A stretch of 64,000 bases of DNA from a virus: IMG/VR virus record IMGVR_UViG_3300043399_000788, positions 1 to 64,000 of that record; one strand, written 5' to 3'. A model generated the notes under the pieces. It made no database searches, was not told where the DNA came from, and saw nothing but the letters and a program-made list of their open reading frames with translations. Every line of letters begins with the position of its first letter. The first letter of the stretch is position 1. Of the stretch, positions 48,944 through 58,099 are shown one piece after another. The position numbers and the translations under genes are program-made.

Positions 48944-51900
48944 GCAGCGAATTAAGACTACGTAGAGGTACAGGAACTCAGCACAACAGCTTTACAGGTG
49001 CTGAAGCAGAAGTAACCGTAAACACTACAAACAAGAGCGTCCATGTGCATGATGGAACAACGTCAGGAGGTTTTGAGTTAGCCCGTGTTGACTTGAACAA
49101 CGTTGATAATAGCGTTTTTGCAGCAAAAGCAGCAGCAGCTGGTATAAGCGGCGGTGCAGGTGGATCTGCTGCAATTAGTGCTGCTACTAAAGCAAGTCCA
49201 GTTGTAGTTACAACTAATATAGCACATGGTTTTATTGATGGACAACAAGTTTCTATCACAGACGTTGGTGGCATGACACAACTAAATGGTAAAACTTATT
49301 ATGTTGACGTTTTAACTTCAACAACATTTGCGCTTTATACAGATGTTTCTCTTACTACCCCAGTTAACGGAACTGCTTATACAACATATACAAGTGGTGG
49401 TACCGCCGTAGGTGCAGACTTTGCTGGTGCCCCAATCAGCGGAAGCTATATTACAGTTAGTGCAGAGGCAGGTTTACCAAATGAGCGCAGATTACAAGCA
49501 GGTACAGGTTTGTCTATTACCGATGGCGGCGCCGGCGGTGCAGTCAGTGTTGCTGCTAACTTAGCTGCAACTGCCCCAAGCAACTTAGGTAGTGCAAACG
49601 CTGGTGTAAGCAACTTAATTGCAAGAGCAGATCACGTTCACGCTATGCCCACTGCAACTGACGTAGGTGCTGTTCCAACTTCACGACAAGTTCTTGCTGG
49701 CACAGGGTTGAGCGGCGGTGGCGCTCTAACTTCAAACGTAACATTAAGCTTAAATGCAAATCTTCATATGCTTACTGATGTAACTATTAACGGTACACCA
49801 TTAAACGGCGACGTTTTGATGTATAATAGTGCAACTAGCCAGTTTGAAAATTCTAGCACTTTTGCTAAAAATACAATACTTTTAAACAATTCAAATGTTG
49901 CTGTTAACACAATTAACAAGCTTAACTTTATTGGCACAGGTATAACTGCTTCTGTTAACGGGGTTGATAGTAGTAGAATTGATATTGCTATTGCAACTTC
50001 AAACACTACAGAAGTTCAAAATATTGTTGGAAACATGGTTTCAAGCAATACTGAAAACGGTATTGCTGTAACTTATGATGCAGTAGGTGGAAAGATTAAC
50101 TTCGACGTTAATGACCCAGTAATCACATTAAGTGGTGACGTTACTGGTACAGCAACAATGACTGATTTAGGAAACGTAACTATTAGCACAACAATTGCTG
50201 CAAATAGTGTTGCATTAGGAAACGATACAACAGGTAACTATGTTGCTACAATTACAGCAGGTAATGGTATTGCTATAACTGGAGCAGGGGTTGAAAGTGC
50301 ATCTGTAAAAGTTGAAGTTAATACAGCAGAACCAAATTTCCTAGAAGAATTACAAGACATTGTTGGTACTATGGTTTCAGGTAACAGCGAAAATGGTATC
50401 GCAGTTGTATATGATGATACACTTGGTAAGCTAAACTTCCAAGTTGGTAATCCTACTATTACATTGAGTGGTGCTGTTACTGGTGCTGCAACAATTACTA
50501 ACTTAGCCAACGCAACAATTAATACATCTATCGCAGTTGACGCAGTGGCTTTGGGAACTAACACAACAGGTAACTACATTGCTACTATTTCAGGTTCAAA
50601 CGGTATTAGTGTAACTGGTAGCGGTGTTGAAAGTGCTGCCGTTACTATTGGATTAAACACTACTAATCCAGACTTTGTTGAATCTATTCAAGATATTATA
50701 GGTAGTATGGTTGAAAGCAATACTGAAAACGGCATTGCTGTTGTATATGATGACAACCTTGGTAAACTAAACTTCGACGTTAATGATCCAGTAATTACTG
50801 TTTCTGGAGCAGTTAACGGCAGTGCTACAATGACTAATCTTGGTAACACCACAATTACTGTAACACAATCTGCAGACAGCGTAACACTTGGCACACATAC
50901 TGTAGGTAACTATGTTGCAAACATCGTTGCCGGGGCTGGTATTACAGTAACAAACGGTTCTGGTGAAGGACTAACTGCTAATATTTCTGTTAATACTACC
51001 AACGTAGACTTTATTGAAGCAATTCAAGACATTGTTGGTAGTATGGTTGAAACTAATACTGAAAACGGTATTGCTGTGACATATGATGATGCAACAGGTA
51101 AGCTAAACTTTGATGTTGCTGATCCAGTAGTAACATTAAGCGGCGACGTTACTGGTAGTGCTACAATGACTAACTTAGGCAATATTACTATCAGCACTAC
51201 TATTGCAGCAAATAGTGTAGCATTGGGAACAGATACAACAGGCAACTATGTTGCTACAATTACTGGTGCAAATGGTATTACTGTAACAGGTTCAGGTGTT
51301 GAAAGTGCTGCAATTTCACTAGGATTAGATAGAACTAACACTGATTTTAGAAATATTATACAAGATATTACTGCAAATATATTCACATCAGCAAACGGTT
51401 TAACAATTGTTTATAACGATACAAATAACACACTAAGCATTGATCCAAATGATCCAGTAATCACTTTAGCCGGCGCAGTCACTGGCAGTGCTACAATGAC
51501 TAACTTGGGTAATACAACTATTACAGTTGCCCAAGCAGCAGACAGTGTAACCCTTGGTACACACACTACAGGTAATTACATTGCTACAATTACTGGTACA
51601 AATGGTATTACTGTAACAGGTAGTGGTGTTGAAAGTGCAGCGGCCAGTATTTCTATCAATACTGCAAATGCAGATTTTATTGAAGCAATTCAAGACATTG
51701 TAGGCGGTATGGTTGATACTAACACAGAAGCAGGTGTTGCTGTTGTATATGATGATGTAACAGGCAAGCTTAACTTCGACGTTAATGACCCAGTAATCAC
51801 ATTAAGTGGTGACGTTACTGGTAGTGCTACAATGGCTAATTTGGGTAACGTAACGATTACTACTACAATCGCTGCAAATAGCGTTGCACTTGGAGCAGAT

Positions 51901-53808
51901 ACTACTGGTAACTATGTAGCAACTATTACTGGTGCAAATGGTATTACTGTAACTGGTAGTGGTGTTGAAAGTGCTGCTATTGCATTGTCGCTTGATAAAA
52001 CCAATACTGAGTTTAGAAATACCATTCTAGACGTAGCTGCAACTATGTTTGCTTCTGGTAACGGATTAAACATTGTTTACACTGATGCTACTAATACATT
52101 AAGTATCGATCCAAACGATCCAACAATTACATTAAGTGGTGATGTTACTGGTAGTGCTACAATTACTAACCTTGGTAACGTTACAATTGCTGCTACTATT
52201 GCCCCAAATAGTGTTGAATTGGGCATAGACACAGTAGGCAACTACGTTTCTTCTATAACAGGTGCAAACGGTATCGTAGTAACTGGATCAGGTGTTGAAA
52301 GTGCTGCTATTGCATTGTCCCTCGACAAAACTAACGCTGAATTTAGAAATACAATTCAAGACGTTGCTGCACTAATGTTTAGTACAGGCAGTGGTTTAAC
52401 TGTTACTTACAATGATACTACAAACGCAATTACAATTGATCCAAATGATCCAGTAATTACATTGTCAGGTGATGTTGTAGGCAGTGCTACAATGACTAAC
52501 TTAGGTAACGTAACAATTAATACAACTATTGCTGCAAATAGCGTGGCATTGGGAACAGATACTACAGGTAACTACGTTGCTACAATTACAGGTGCTAATG
52601 GTATCGTAGTAACAGGTTCAGGTGTTGAGAATGCTGCTATTGCATTGACATTAGATAAAGCTAATACTGAATTTAGAAATACGATTCAAGACGTTGCTGC
52701 CTTGATGTTTAGTACTGGTAGCGGTTTAAATGTAACATATAACGATACTACAAACGCAATTACAATTGATCCAAATGATCCACTAATCACTGTTACTGGT
52801 TCTGTAATTGGTAGTGCTACGATGACTAATTTAGGCAACGTAACAATTACTGTTGCTCAAGCAAATGACAGCGTTACACTTGGAACACATACAGTTGGTA
52901 ACTACGTTGCAAACGTAACAGCAGGTAAGGCAATTACTGTAACAGGAGCAAACGTAGAAACTGCTGATATTACAGTTGCAGTTGATACTGGAAACGCAGA
53001 CTTTGTTGAAGATATTCAAGACATTGTTGGTGCAATGGTCGGTGCTGGTAGTATTAAAAACGGTATCTCAGTAGTATACGATGATGCTACGGCTAAATTG
53101 AACTTTAACGTTGAAGATCCAATCATCACATTAACTGGTGGCGTAACTGGATCTGCACAAATGATCGATTTAGGATCAGTAACAATTACAACTACTGTAG
53201 CTGATAATAGTCACAATCATACAATTGCTAACATAACTGGATTGCAAGCTGAACTTGATTCTAAGCTAGGTGGTGCAGGCGGCACTGTTACTGGAACAAT
53301 TAATACTCAATCAATCGTTCCAGTAACAAACGGTGCATATTCTATAGGTACATCTGCATTGAAATATACTACTGTTTGGGCAGCTACATTTAACGGTACT
53401 GCTGTACAAGCGCAATACGCCGACTTGGCAGAACGTTATCATGCTGATGCTAAGTATCCTATAGGAACAGTTGTTAAGCTAGGTGGAAGTAAGGAAATTA
53501 CAGCAACTAACACAGCAAATGACACACAAGTAATTGGTGTAATTTCTGAAAATCCAGCTTACTTAATGAATGATGGTGCCGGTGATCCAAACGAATGGTT
53601 GCCAGTTGCTATGACAGGTCGTGTAAGAGTTAAGATTGTTGGTCCAGTAACTAAAGGTCAACGTATTGTAAGCTCTAGCGAACCAGGTGTAGCAATGGCA
53701 GTTAATGACAGTGAAATTACTTCATTTACTACTGTAATTGGAAGAGCATTGCGTTCAGATACTGATCCAAATATTAAGTTAGTTGAATGCATCATAGGTA
53801 AACTTTAA
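48940..53808 (+). CDS. Long tail-fibre protein with Mtd-N-like N-terminus, ~110-113-aa repeats and C-terminal autocleaving-chaperone-like domain
   Basis: LRLRRGT..QH..FTGAEAEVTVNT....VHVHDG.T.GG N-terminus, ten repeats, C-terminal YADLAERY...GTVV..GG..EI...GVIS.NP..LMN...VAMTGRV.VK. Confidence 0.75.
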   Translation: MSSELRLRRGTGTQHNSFTGAEAEVTVNTTNKSVHVHDGTTSGGFELARVDLNNVDNSVFAAKAAAAGISGGAGGSAAISAATKASPVVVTTNIAHGFIDGQQVSITDVGGMTQLNGKTYYVDVLTSTTFALYTDVSLTTPVNGTAYTTYTSGGTAVGADFAGAPISGSYITVSAEAGLPNERRLQAGTGLSITDGGAGGAVSVAANLAATAPSNLGSANAGVSNLIARADHVHAMPTATDVGAVPTSRQVLAGTGLSGGGALTSNVTLSLNANLHMLTDVTINGTPLNGDVLMYNSATSQFENSSTFAKNTILLNNSNVAVNTINKLNFIGTGITASVNGVDSSRIDIAIATSNTTEVQNIVGNMVSSNTENGIAVTYDAVGGKINFDVNDPVITLSGDVTGTATMTDLGNVTISTTIAANSVALGNDTTGNYVATITAGNGIAITGAGVESASVKVEVNTAEPNFLEELQDIVGTMVSGNSENGIAVVYDDTLGKLNFQVGNPTITLSGAVTGAATITNLANATINTSIAVDAVALGTNTTGNYIATISGSNGISVTGSGVESAAVTIGLNTTNPDFVESIQDIIGSMVESNTENGIAVVYDDNLGKLNFDVNDPVITVSGAVNGSATMTNLGNTTITVTQSADSVTLGTHTVGNYVANIVAGAGITVTNGSGEGLTANISVNTTNVDFIEAIQDIVGSMVETNTENGIAVTYDDATGKLNFDVADPVVTLSGDVTGSATMTNLGNITISTTIAANSVALGTDTTGNYVATITGANGITVTGSGVESAAISLGLDRTNTDFRNIIQDITANIFTSANGLTIVYNDTNNTLSIDPNDPVITLAGAVTGSATMTNLGNTTITVAQAADSVTLGTHTTGNYIATITGTNGITVTGSGVESAAASISINTANADFIEAIQDIVGGMVDTNTEAGVAVVYDDVTGKLNFDVNDPVITLSGDVTGSATMANLGNVTITTTIAANSVALGADTTGNYVATITGANGITVTGSGVESAAIALSLDKTNTEFRNTILDVAATMFASGNGLNIVYTDATNTLSIDPNDPTITLSGDVTGSATITNLGNVTIAATIAPNSVELGIDTVGNYVSSITGANGIVVTGSGVESAAIALSLDKTNAEFRNTIQDVAALMFSTGSGLTVTYNDTTNAITIDPNDPVITLSGDVVGSATMTNLGNVTINTTIAANSVALGTDTTGNYVATITGANGIVVTGSGVENAAIALTLDKANTEFRNTIQDVAALMFSTGSGLNVTYNDTTNAITIDPNDPLITVTGSVIGSATMTNLGNVTITVAQANDSVTLGTHTVGNYVANVTAGKAITVTGANVETADITVAVDTGNADFVEDIQDIVGAMVGAGSIKNGISVVYDDATAKLNFNVEDPIITLTGGVTGSAQMIDLGSVTITTTVADNSHNHTIANITGLQAELDSKLGGAGGTVTGTINTQSIVPVTNGAYSIGTSALKYTTVWAATFNGTAVQAQYADLAERYHADAKYPIGTVVKLGGSKEITATNTANDTQVIGVISENPAYLMNDGAGDPNEWLPVAMTGRVRVKIVGPVTKGQRIVSSSEPGVAMAVNDSEITSFTTVIGRALRSDTDPNIKLVECIIGKL
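50015..53200 (+). repeat. Coding tandem repeat, ~330-340-bp period, 10 units
   Basis: Unit QDI...G..V.YD...L...DP.ITLSG.VTGSATMTNLGNVTI.T.IAANSV.LGTDTTGNYVATITG.NGI.VTGSGVESA recurs. Confidence 0.9.
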
Positions 53809-54452
53809 TGGAAGTAAAAAAGAAAGACAGTAATTTGACAAAGCCAGATGAAAGCGGAAATGTTAGAGTCGAAGGTCACATAAAGATCTTCGACCCTGCT
53901 ACAAAAGAAGTGTTTGTAGATAAGAGAAACGCTATTCACTATGAAAATATGAGCGAAGCTCTTGCTTACAGTATTGCAAATAAAGGTGTTGGATTTATTC
54001 ATGAAATGCACTTTGGGAATGGCGGAACAAGTGTTGATACAACTGGTATCATTACTTACCTTCCACCAAATACTACTGGAGCAAACGCAGACTTGTATAA
54101 CCCAACCTACTATAAAGTGGTAGATGATAACAGTTCTTTAAATGCTGACCCAGCAAGAAATAAAATTGAAATTAAACACACTCCTGGATTGATATATACT
54201 GATGTTTTTGTTACTTGCTTACTTGACTACGGTGAGCCAGCTGGACAACAAGCATTTGATAACAGTATTAGTTTAGATGATGCGTTCGTATTCGATGAAC
54301 TTGGATTACGAGCTTGGGGCGGCGAAGAAGGAACAGGAAAGCTACTAACACACGTAATTTTCCATCCAATTCAAAAAAGTTTGAATAGACTTATTCAAAT
54401 AGATTACACAGTTAGAATACAAACTTTAACTAACCTTGGATCTATCGCATAA
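53808..54452 (+). CDS. Virion structural protein (tail/baseplate-associated)
   Basis: 214 aa within the tail module; GHIKIFD...VDKRNAIHYEN, FVFDELGL, LLTHVIFHP..KSLNR.IQIDYTVRI resemble tail-fibre-attachment proteins. Confidence 0.55.
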   Translation: MEVKKKDSNLTKPDESGNVRVEGHIKIFDPATKEVFVDKRNAIHYENMSEALAYSIANKGVGFIHEMHFGNGGTSVDTTGIITYLPPNTTGANADLYNPTYYKVVDDNSSLNADPARNKIEIKHTPGLIYTDVFVTCLLDYGEPAGQQAFDNSISLDDAFVFDELGLRAWGGEEGTGKLLTHVIFHPIQKSLNRLIQIDYTVRIQTLTNLGSIA

Positions 54453-54513
54453 ATATGAGTATATAATTTTCGTAATAAATAAGCTTATTAAGTAATTCAG
54501 GAGATTCAATTAC

Positions 54514-55998
54514 ATGGCCTACACTATTAACAAGACCAACGGTGCAGTTCTAGCAACTGTGGCTGACGGCACAATTGACAATTCAACAGACGTAACACTT
54601 ATTGGTAAAAACTATAGTGGTTATGGTGAAATTCTAAACGAGAATTTCGTAAAGTTGATGGAAAATTTTGCTTCCACTAGTTCCCCAGCAAGTCCACTAG
54701 CTGGTCAGCTTTGGTGGGATCTTTCAAACAACTCCTTAAAAGTTTACACTGGTTCTGGATTTAAAGTTATTTCTGGATCAACTGCAAGTGCTACACAGCC
54801 AAGCAACGCTACATTAGGTGATCTATGGTTTGATACTGTTAATAGTCAGTTGCGTGTATATAACGGCACAAGCTGGACACTTATTGGTCCAAGCTTTACT
54901 GCTGGAACAGGTGTATCTGGTGCAGTTATTACTACTGTGTTAGATAATACTGGTGCAAGCCACGTTGTTGTGCAATTCTTCGTAAACGAAGCTATTGTTG
55001 CAATTATGTCAAAAGATTCAACATTTACTCCTCAAACGTCAATTCCTGGGTTCTCTACTATTAGTCCTGGTATTCAAGTTTCTAGCGCCGTTGTTGGTGC
55101 CGGATTCACTGGAACAGCGTCAAATGCAGACTTGTTAGATAACCTAAACAGCACACAGTTTATGCGCTCAGACGCAAACACTACTACAACTGGTACACTA
55201 AGAGTACAAAACGACGCAGGTTTGTATGTTGGATCTGATAGCGATCTAAACATCAACGTAGCTGGTTCAGACGTAGTTGTTTATAACACACAGTCAAACG
55301 GTGACATTTTCTTCCGCGTTAACAGAAGTACAGGTGGCCAAACAACTGCACTAACAATTGATGGTGCAACAGGTTATGTTTACGCAACTACACCAAATGC
55401 CGGTGATAACTCTACTCGTTTAGCAACTACTGCTTATGTTGATGGTATTTCGACTGAACCTGGTTCAGGATTCTTAAAAGCAGACGGGTCAACTCCTCTT
55501 GCTGGTAATTTAATTCCAGATGTGCATAATACTCGTACTTTAGGTAGCCCAGCATTGCGTTATGCAGAAGTATATGCTACTAACCTTATTGGTAAAGCTG
55601 TCGAAGCACAATACGCCGACTTGGCAGAACGTTTTGAAGCAGACAGTGCTTATGAACCAGGCACAGTTGTTGAATTAGGTGGCGATAAAGAAATTACAGC
55701 CGTTGCTGATGAACTAAGCGATAAAGTATTTGGTGTTATTTCTACAAACCCAGGTTTCTTAATGAATAACAAAGTTGGTGATGATTCAACTCATCCAGCA
55801 ATTGCTATGACAGGACGTGTTCCGGTTAAGGTAACTGGTAAAGTTTCTCGCGGTGACAGATTAGTTTCTGCCGGTAATGGGCTTGCTCGCGCAGCAAAAC
55901 CAGGTGAAGCAACTAGCTTTAACGTAATTGGAAGAGCACTAGAAAATAAAACTACTACTGGCATAAGTACTGTTAATGCTGTTGTTAAGATACAATAA
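54514..55998 (+). CDS. Short tail-fibre/baseplate protein with C-terminal YADLAE chaperone-like domain
   Basis: N-terminal MAYTINKTNG..LATVADGTID...LIGKNY.GYGE..NENF..L.ENFA, GQLWWD/GDLWFD repeats; C-terminal domain paralogous to that of 48940-53808. Confidence 0.7.
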   Translation: MAYTINKTNGAVLATVADGTIDNSTDVTLIGKNYSGYGEILNENFVKLMENFASTSSPASPLAGQLWWDLSNNSLKVYTGSGFKVISGSTASATQPSNATLGDLWFDTVNSQLRVYNGTSWTLIGPSFTAGTGVSGAVITTVLDNTGASHVVVQFFVNEAIVAIMSKDSTFTPQTSIPGFSTISPGIQVSSAVVGAGFTGTASNADLLDNLNSTQFMRSDANTTTTGTLRVQNDAGLYVGSDSDLNINVAGSDVVVYNTQSNGDIFFRVNRSTGGQTTALTIDGATGYVYATTPNAGDNSTRLATTAYVDGISTEPGSGFLKADGSTPLAGNLIPDVHNTRTLGSPALRYAEVYATNLIGKAVEAQYADLAERFEADSAYEPGTVVELGGDKEITAVADELSDKVFGVISTNPGFLMNNKVGDDSTHPAIAMTGRVPVKVTGKVSRGDRLVSAGNGLARAAKPGEATSFNVIGRALENKTTTGISTVNAVVKIQ

Positions 55999-56010
55999 AG
56001 GATTTAATAA

Positions 56011-56913
56011 ATGACTTATGCTAGTGGCGGTTTAATTCAAGCAAGTGACTATAATACCTGGGCAAACTCAGTTAATGGTGTATGGGGAGCAGGCTCCGGC
56101 GATTACGGATACGGACAAACATCTACACTAGCAACTGTTGCAGCGTCAAATACTGTCACTGCTGCTCAATGGGCAACACTAATTGCAAGATATGATTCTA
56201 TACGCAGACATCAAGTAAACGCTCCATCAGGAATAACACAGCCTCAAACAGGAAATACCATTACGTACTTAAGTGCTATCAACACTGTAAACACTAACAT
56301 ATGGAATGGCAGATACACTTGGGCTGCAAATGGAAGTGCGACGTATGCAAGATCAAATGCTAATGCTGCAACTTGGATAACTAGTGCAACAAGAGAAGCT
56401 ACTATTAGTTTTGCTAGTGCAAACGCAATGAGGTATTTCTTCAATGCAGGTGGTTATATACAATTTTCTGGAGTATCTTCGGCTGTTTCTGGCAACACAA
56501 AATCGGATGATTGGGAAACACTACTAAACAACTGCGGTTATGTTAGAATTTTGCCTTGGACCAGTGATAGGCAAACTGCATCCGGTACTCCAACAATATA
56601 TAACCAAGGACTTGGTTTTTGGAGTTTAAATACCGGTAACCAAATTATTTTGCGTCAATATAGTCCAAACACACTCGGTGGTTATAACTTAAACTATGCA
56701 ACTTTCCAAGCTAGATTAAACGCTACTGCAGGTTCTTCAACTGTAATGACAGTAAGTATGGTTCTTACAGATGCTTCTGGTGACGTACTAAACGATACTG
56801 TTGGTTCAGGTGTTTATTTAGAAGTTTGGGTAGTTCCTCCAGCTACAACATGGATTAGTAACACTTGGGGAACCCCAACGCTTAACGTTAACGCAGTTAA
56901 CACTCAATCTTAA
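56011..56913 (+). CDS. Virion structural protein
   Basis: Thr/Ala/Asn/Gly-rich; MTY..GGLIQA.DYN, GYGQ, RYFFNAGG motifs; last gene of the tail module. Confidence 0.55.
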   Translation: MTYASGGLIQASDYNTWANSVNGVWGAGSGDYGYGQTSTLATVAASNTVTAAQWATLIARYDSIRRHQVNAPSGITQPQTGNTITYLSAINTVNTNIWNGRYTWAANGSATYARSNANAATWITSATREATISFASANAMRYFFNAGGYIQFSGVSSAVSGNTKSDDWETLLNNCGYVRILPWTSDRQTASGTPTIYNQGLGFWSLNTGNQIILRQYSPNTLGGYNLNYATFQARLNATAGSSTVMTVSMVLTDASGDVLNDTVGSGVYLEVWVVPPATTWISNTWGTPTLNVNAVNTQS

Positions 56914-56920
56914 TTTATTA

Positions 56921-56962
56921 TTGATTTATCCATGCTCTGAAATTATAATTAGAGCATGGATA
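56921..56962 (+). promoter_or_regulatory. Sigma70-like leaderless promoter inside a 12-bp inverted repeat covering the start codon
   Basis: TTGATT (56921-26)-N17-TATAAT (56944-49)-N6-ATG (56956). TATCCATGCTCT (56927-38) is complementary to AGAGCATGGATA (56951-62). Confidence 0.65.
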
Positions 56963-57276
56963 TTCATGAGTTAGCTAAAAAATCATACGATCGAGCATTA
57001 GCTCAAAAAAATCTTGAAGAAAAACAACTTAGTCGAATGACAATAGCACATGCTAACGGCATTTGGATATGTAATGCTGAGTTAATTTGCTTATTACATT
57101 CGTATAAAAATTTAAAGGAAATAATATTGCTCGATAGCAACAAGATTCCACGCAAAGTTGACCCTGAGAAACTTCTTGAATTAGTACAAAAGAGGCACCA
57201 AGAAATTTTAAATGATTGGTTAAATGAGTATACTGCATTAACTAAAATAAGAACTGTCAATCATGTATTTGAATGA
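56956..57276 (+). CDS. Hypothetical protein, first gene of the modification operon
   Basis: 106-aa ORF overlapping the next gene. Confidence 0.6.
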   Translation: MDIHELAKKSYDRALAQKNLEEKQLSRMTIAHANGIWICNAELICLLHSYKNLKEIILLDSNKIPRKVDPEKLLELVQKRHQEILNDWLNEYTALTKIRTVNHVFE

Positions 57277-58099
57277 TAAAATTTGCATAATATCGGCAAC
57301 TAATTCTATCACTGATGACAACAAAACTATTGATTATATTCAATTAGCTAGTGTAGCCGCAGATCGTGCTAGATATTATTTAGATGTTCCAACAGTATTA
57401 ATAACATCCGATACTACAATTGATAAGAAAAAAACTAATTTTGCCGAAGTAATTTTTACAGAACCTACAAAAGTAACAAAGCGTAATGTTATTGCAGGGG
57501 AAAGTATAATACAATACCAATGGTTAAATGATTTTAGAATTGATGCATACGAATTAACCAAAGGTATGGCTAAACGATTTATTATGATTGATGCAGACTA
57601 TATGATTGCATCTGACCAATTACTTTCTTGGTTAAGAAATGATTATCATTTTTTAATATTAGATGATGTTTACGATATTACAGGATCAGGAATGTACAGA
57701 GAAAAAATACTTCCTAGTAACGATATTCCTCAACGATGGGCAACTGTAATTTCTTGGAATCAAAGTGAAGAATCAAAAATAATATTTGATACTTCTCGTA
57801 TGGTACGTGATAATTATGACTTTTATTCCCTTATTTTTGGTTTTCCTAAAACTCCATTTAGAAATGATTTAGCGTTTAGCGTTGCATGTCATTTGCACAA
57901 TATTCCTAAAACACAAACCAAACTTTTCAATTTAGCCCCAAGCGGGTTTTTATATCAAACTAAAGATAAAAGCGGATGGATTGTTGATTTTAATGATAAG
58001 TTAATACGTTGGAACACAGACGTACACATTTTGAATAAGCAATACGCTATTGATCCTTCAATGCTTGATTTATTGAGATTAGACAATGTCAAAGCGTAA
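57263..58099 (+). CDS. Nucleotide-diphospho-sugar transferase-like (GT-A) protein
   Basis: IDY.QLA, IMIDADY (DxD), W.TVI.W, FRND.AFSVA.H. Confidence 0.55.
   Translation: MYLNDKICIISATNSITDDNKTIDYIQLASVAADRARYYLDVPTVLITSDTTIDKKKTNFAEVIFTEPTKVTKRNVIAGESIIQYQWLNDFRIDAYELTKGMAKRFIMIDADYMIASDQLLSWLRNDYHFLILDDVYDITGSGMYREKILPSNDIPQRWATVISWNQSEESKIIFDTSRMVRDNYDFYSLIFGFPKTPFRNDLAFSVACHLHNIPKTQTKLFNLAPSGFLYQTKDKSGWIVDFNDKLIRWNTDVHILNKQYAIDPSMLDLLRLDNVKA

Noticed and set aside
44900-53200. Long tandem repeats considered as a CRISPR array or DGR template/variable repeats
   Set aside because: Periods are multiples of 3 (330-369 bp) with synonymous divergence inside ORFs; there are no unique spacers, no adenine-specific variation and no reverse transcriptase in the window.
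18834-56913. Bacterial contractile injection system (eCIS/T6SS) or tailocin instead of a phage
   Set aside because: Portal, protease, scaffold, capsid start, gp46/47 and a gp55-like sigma in the same window indicate a complete T4-like phage.
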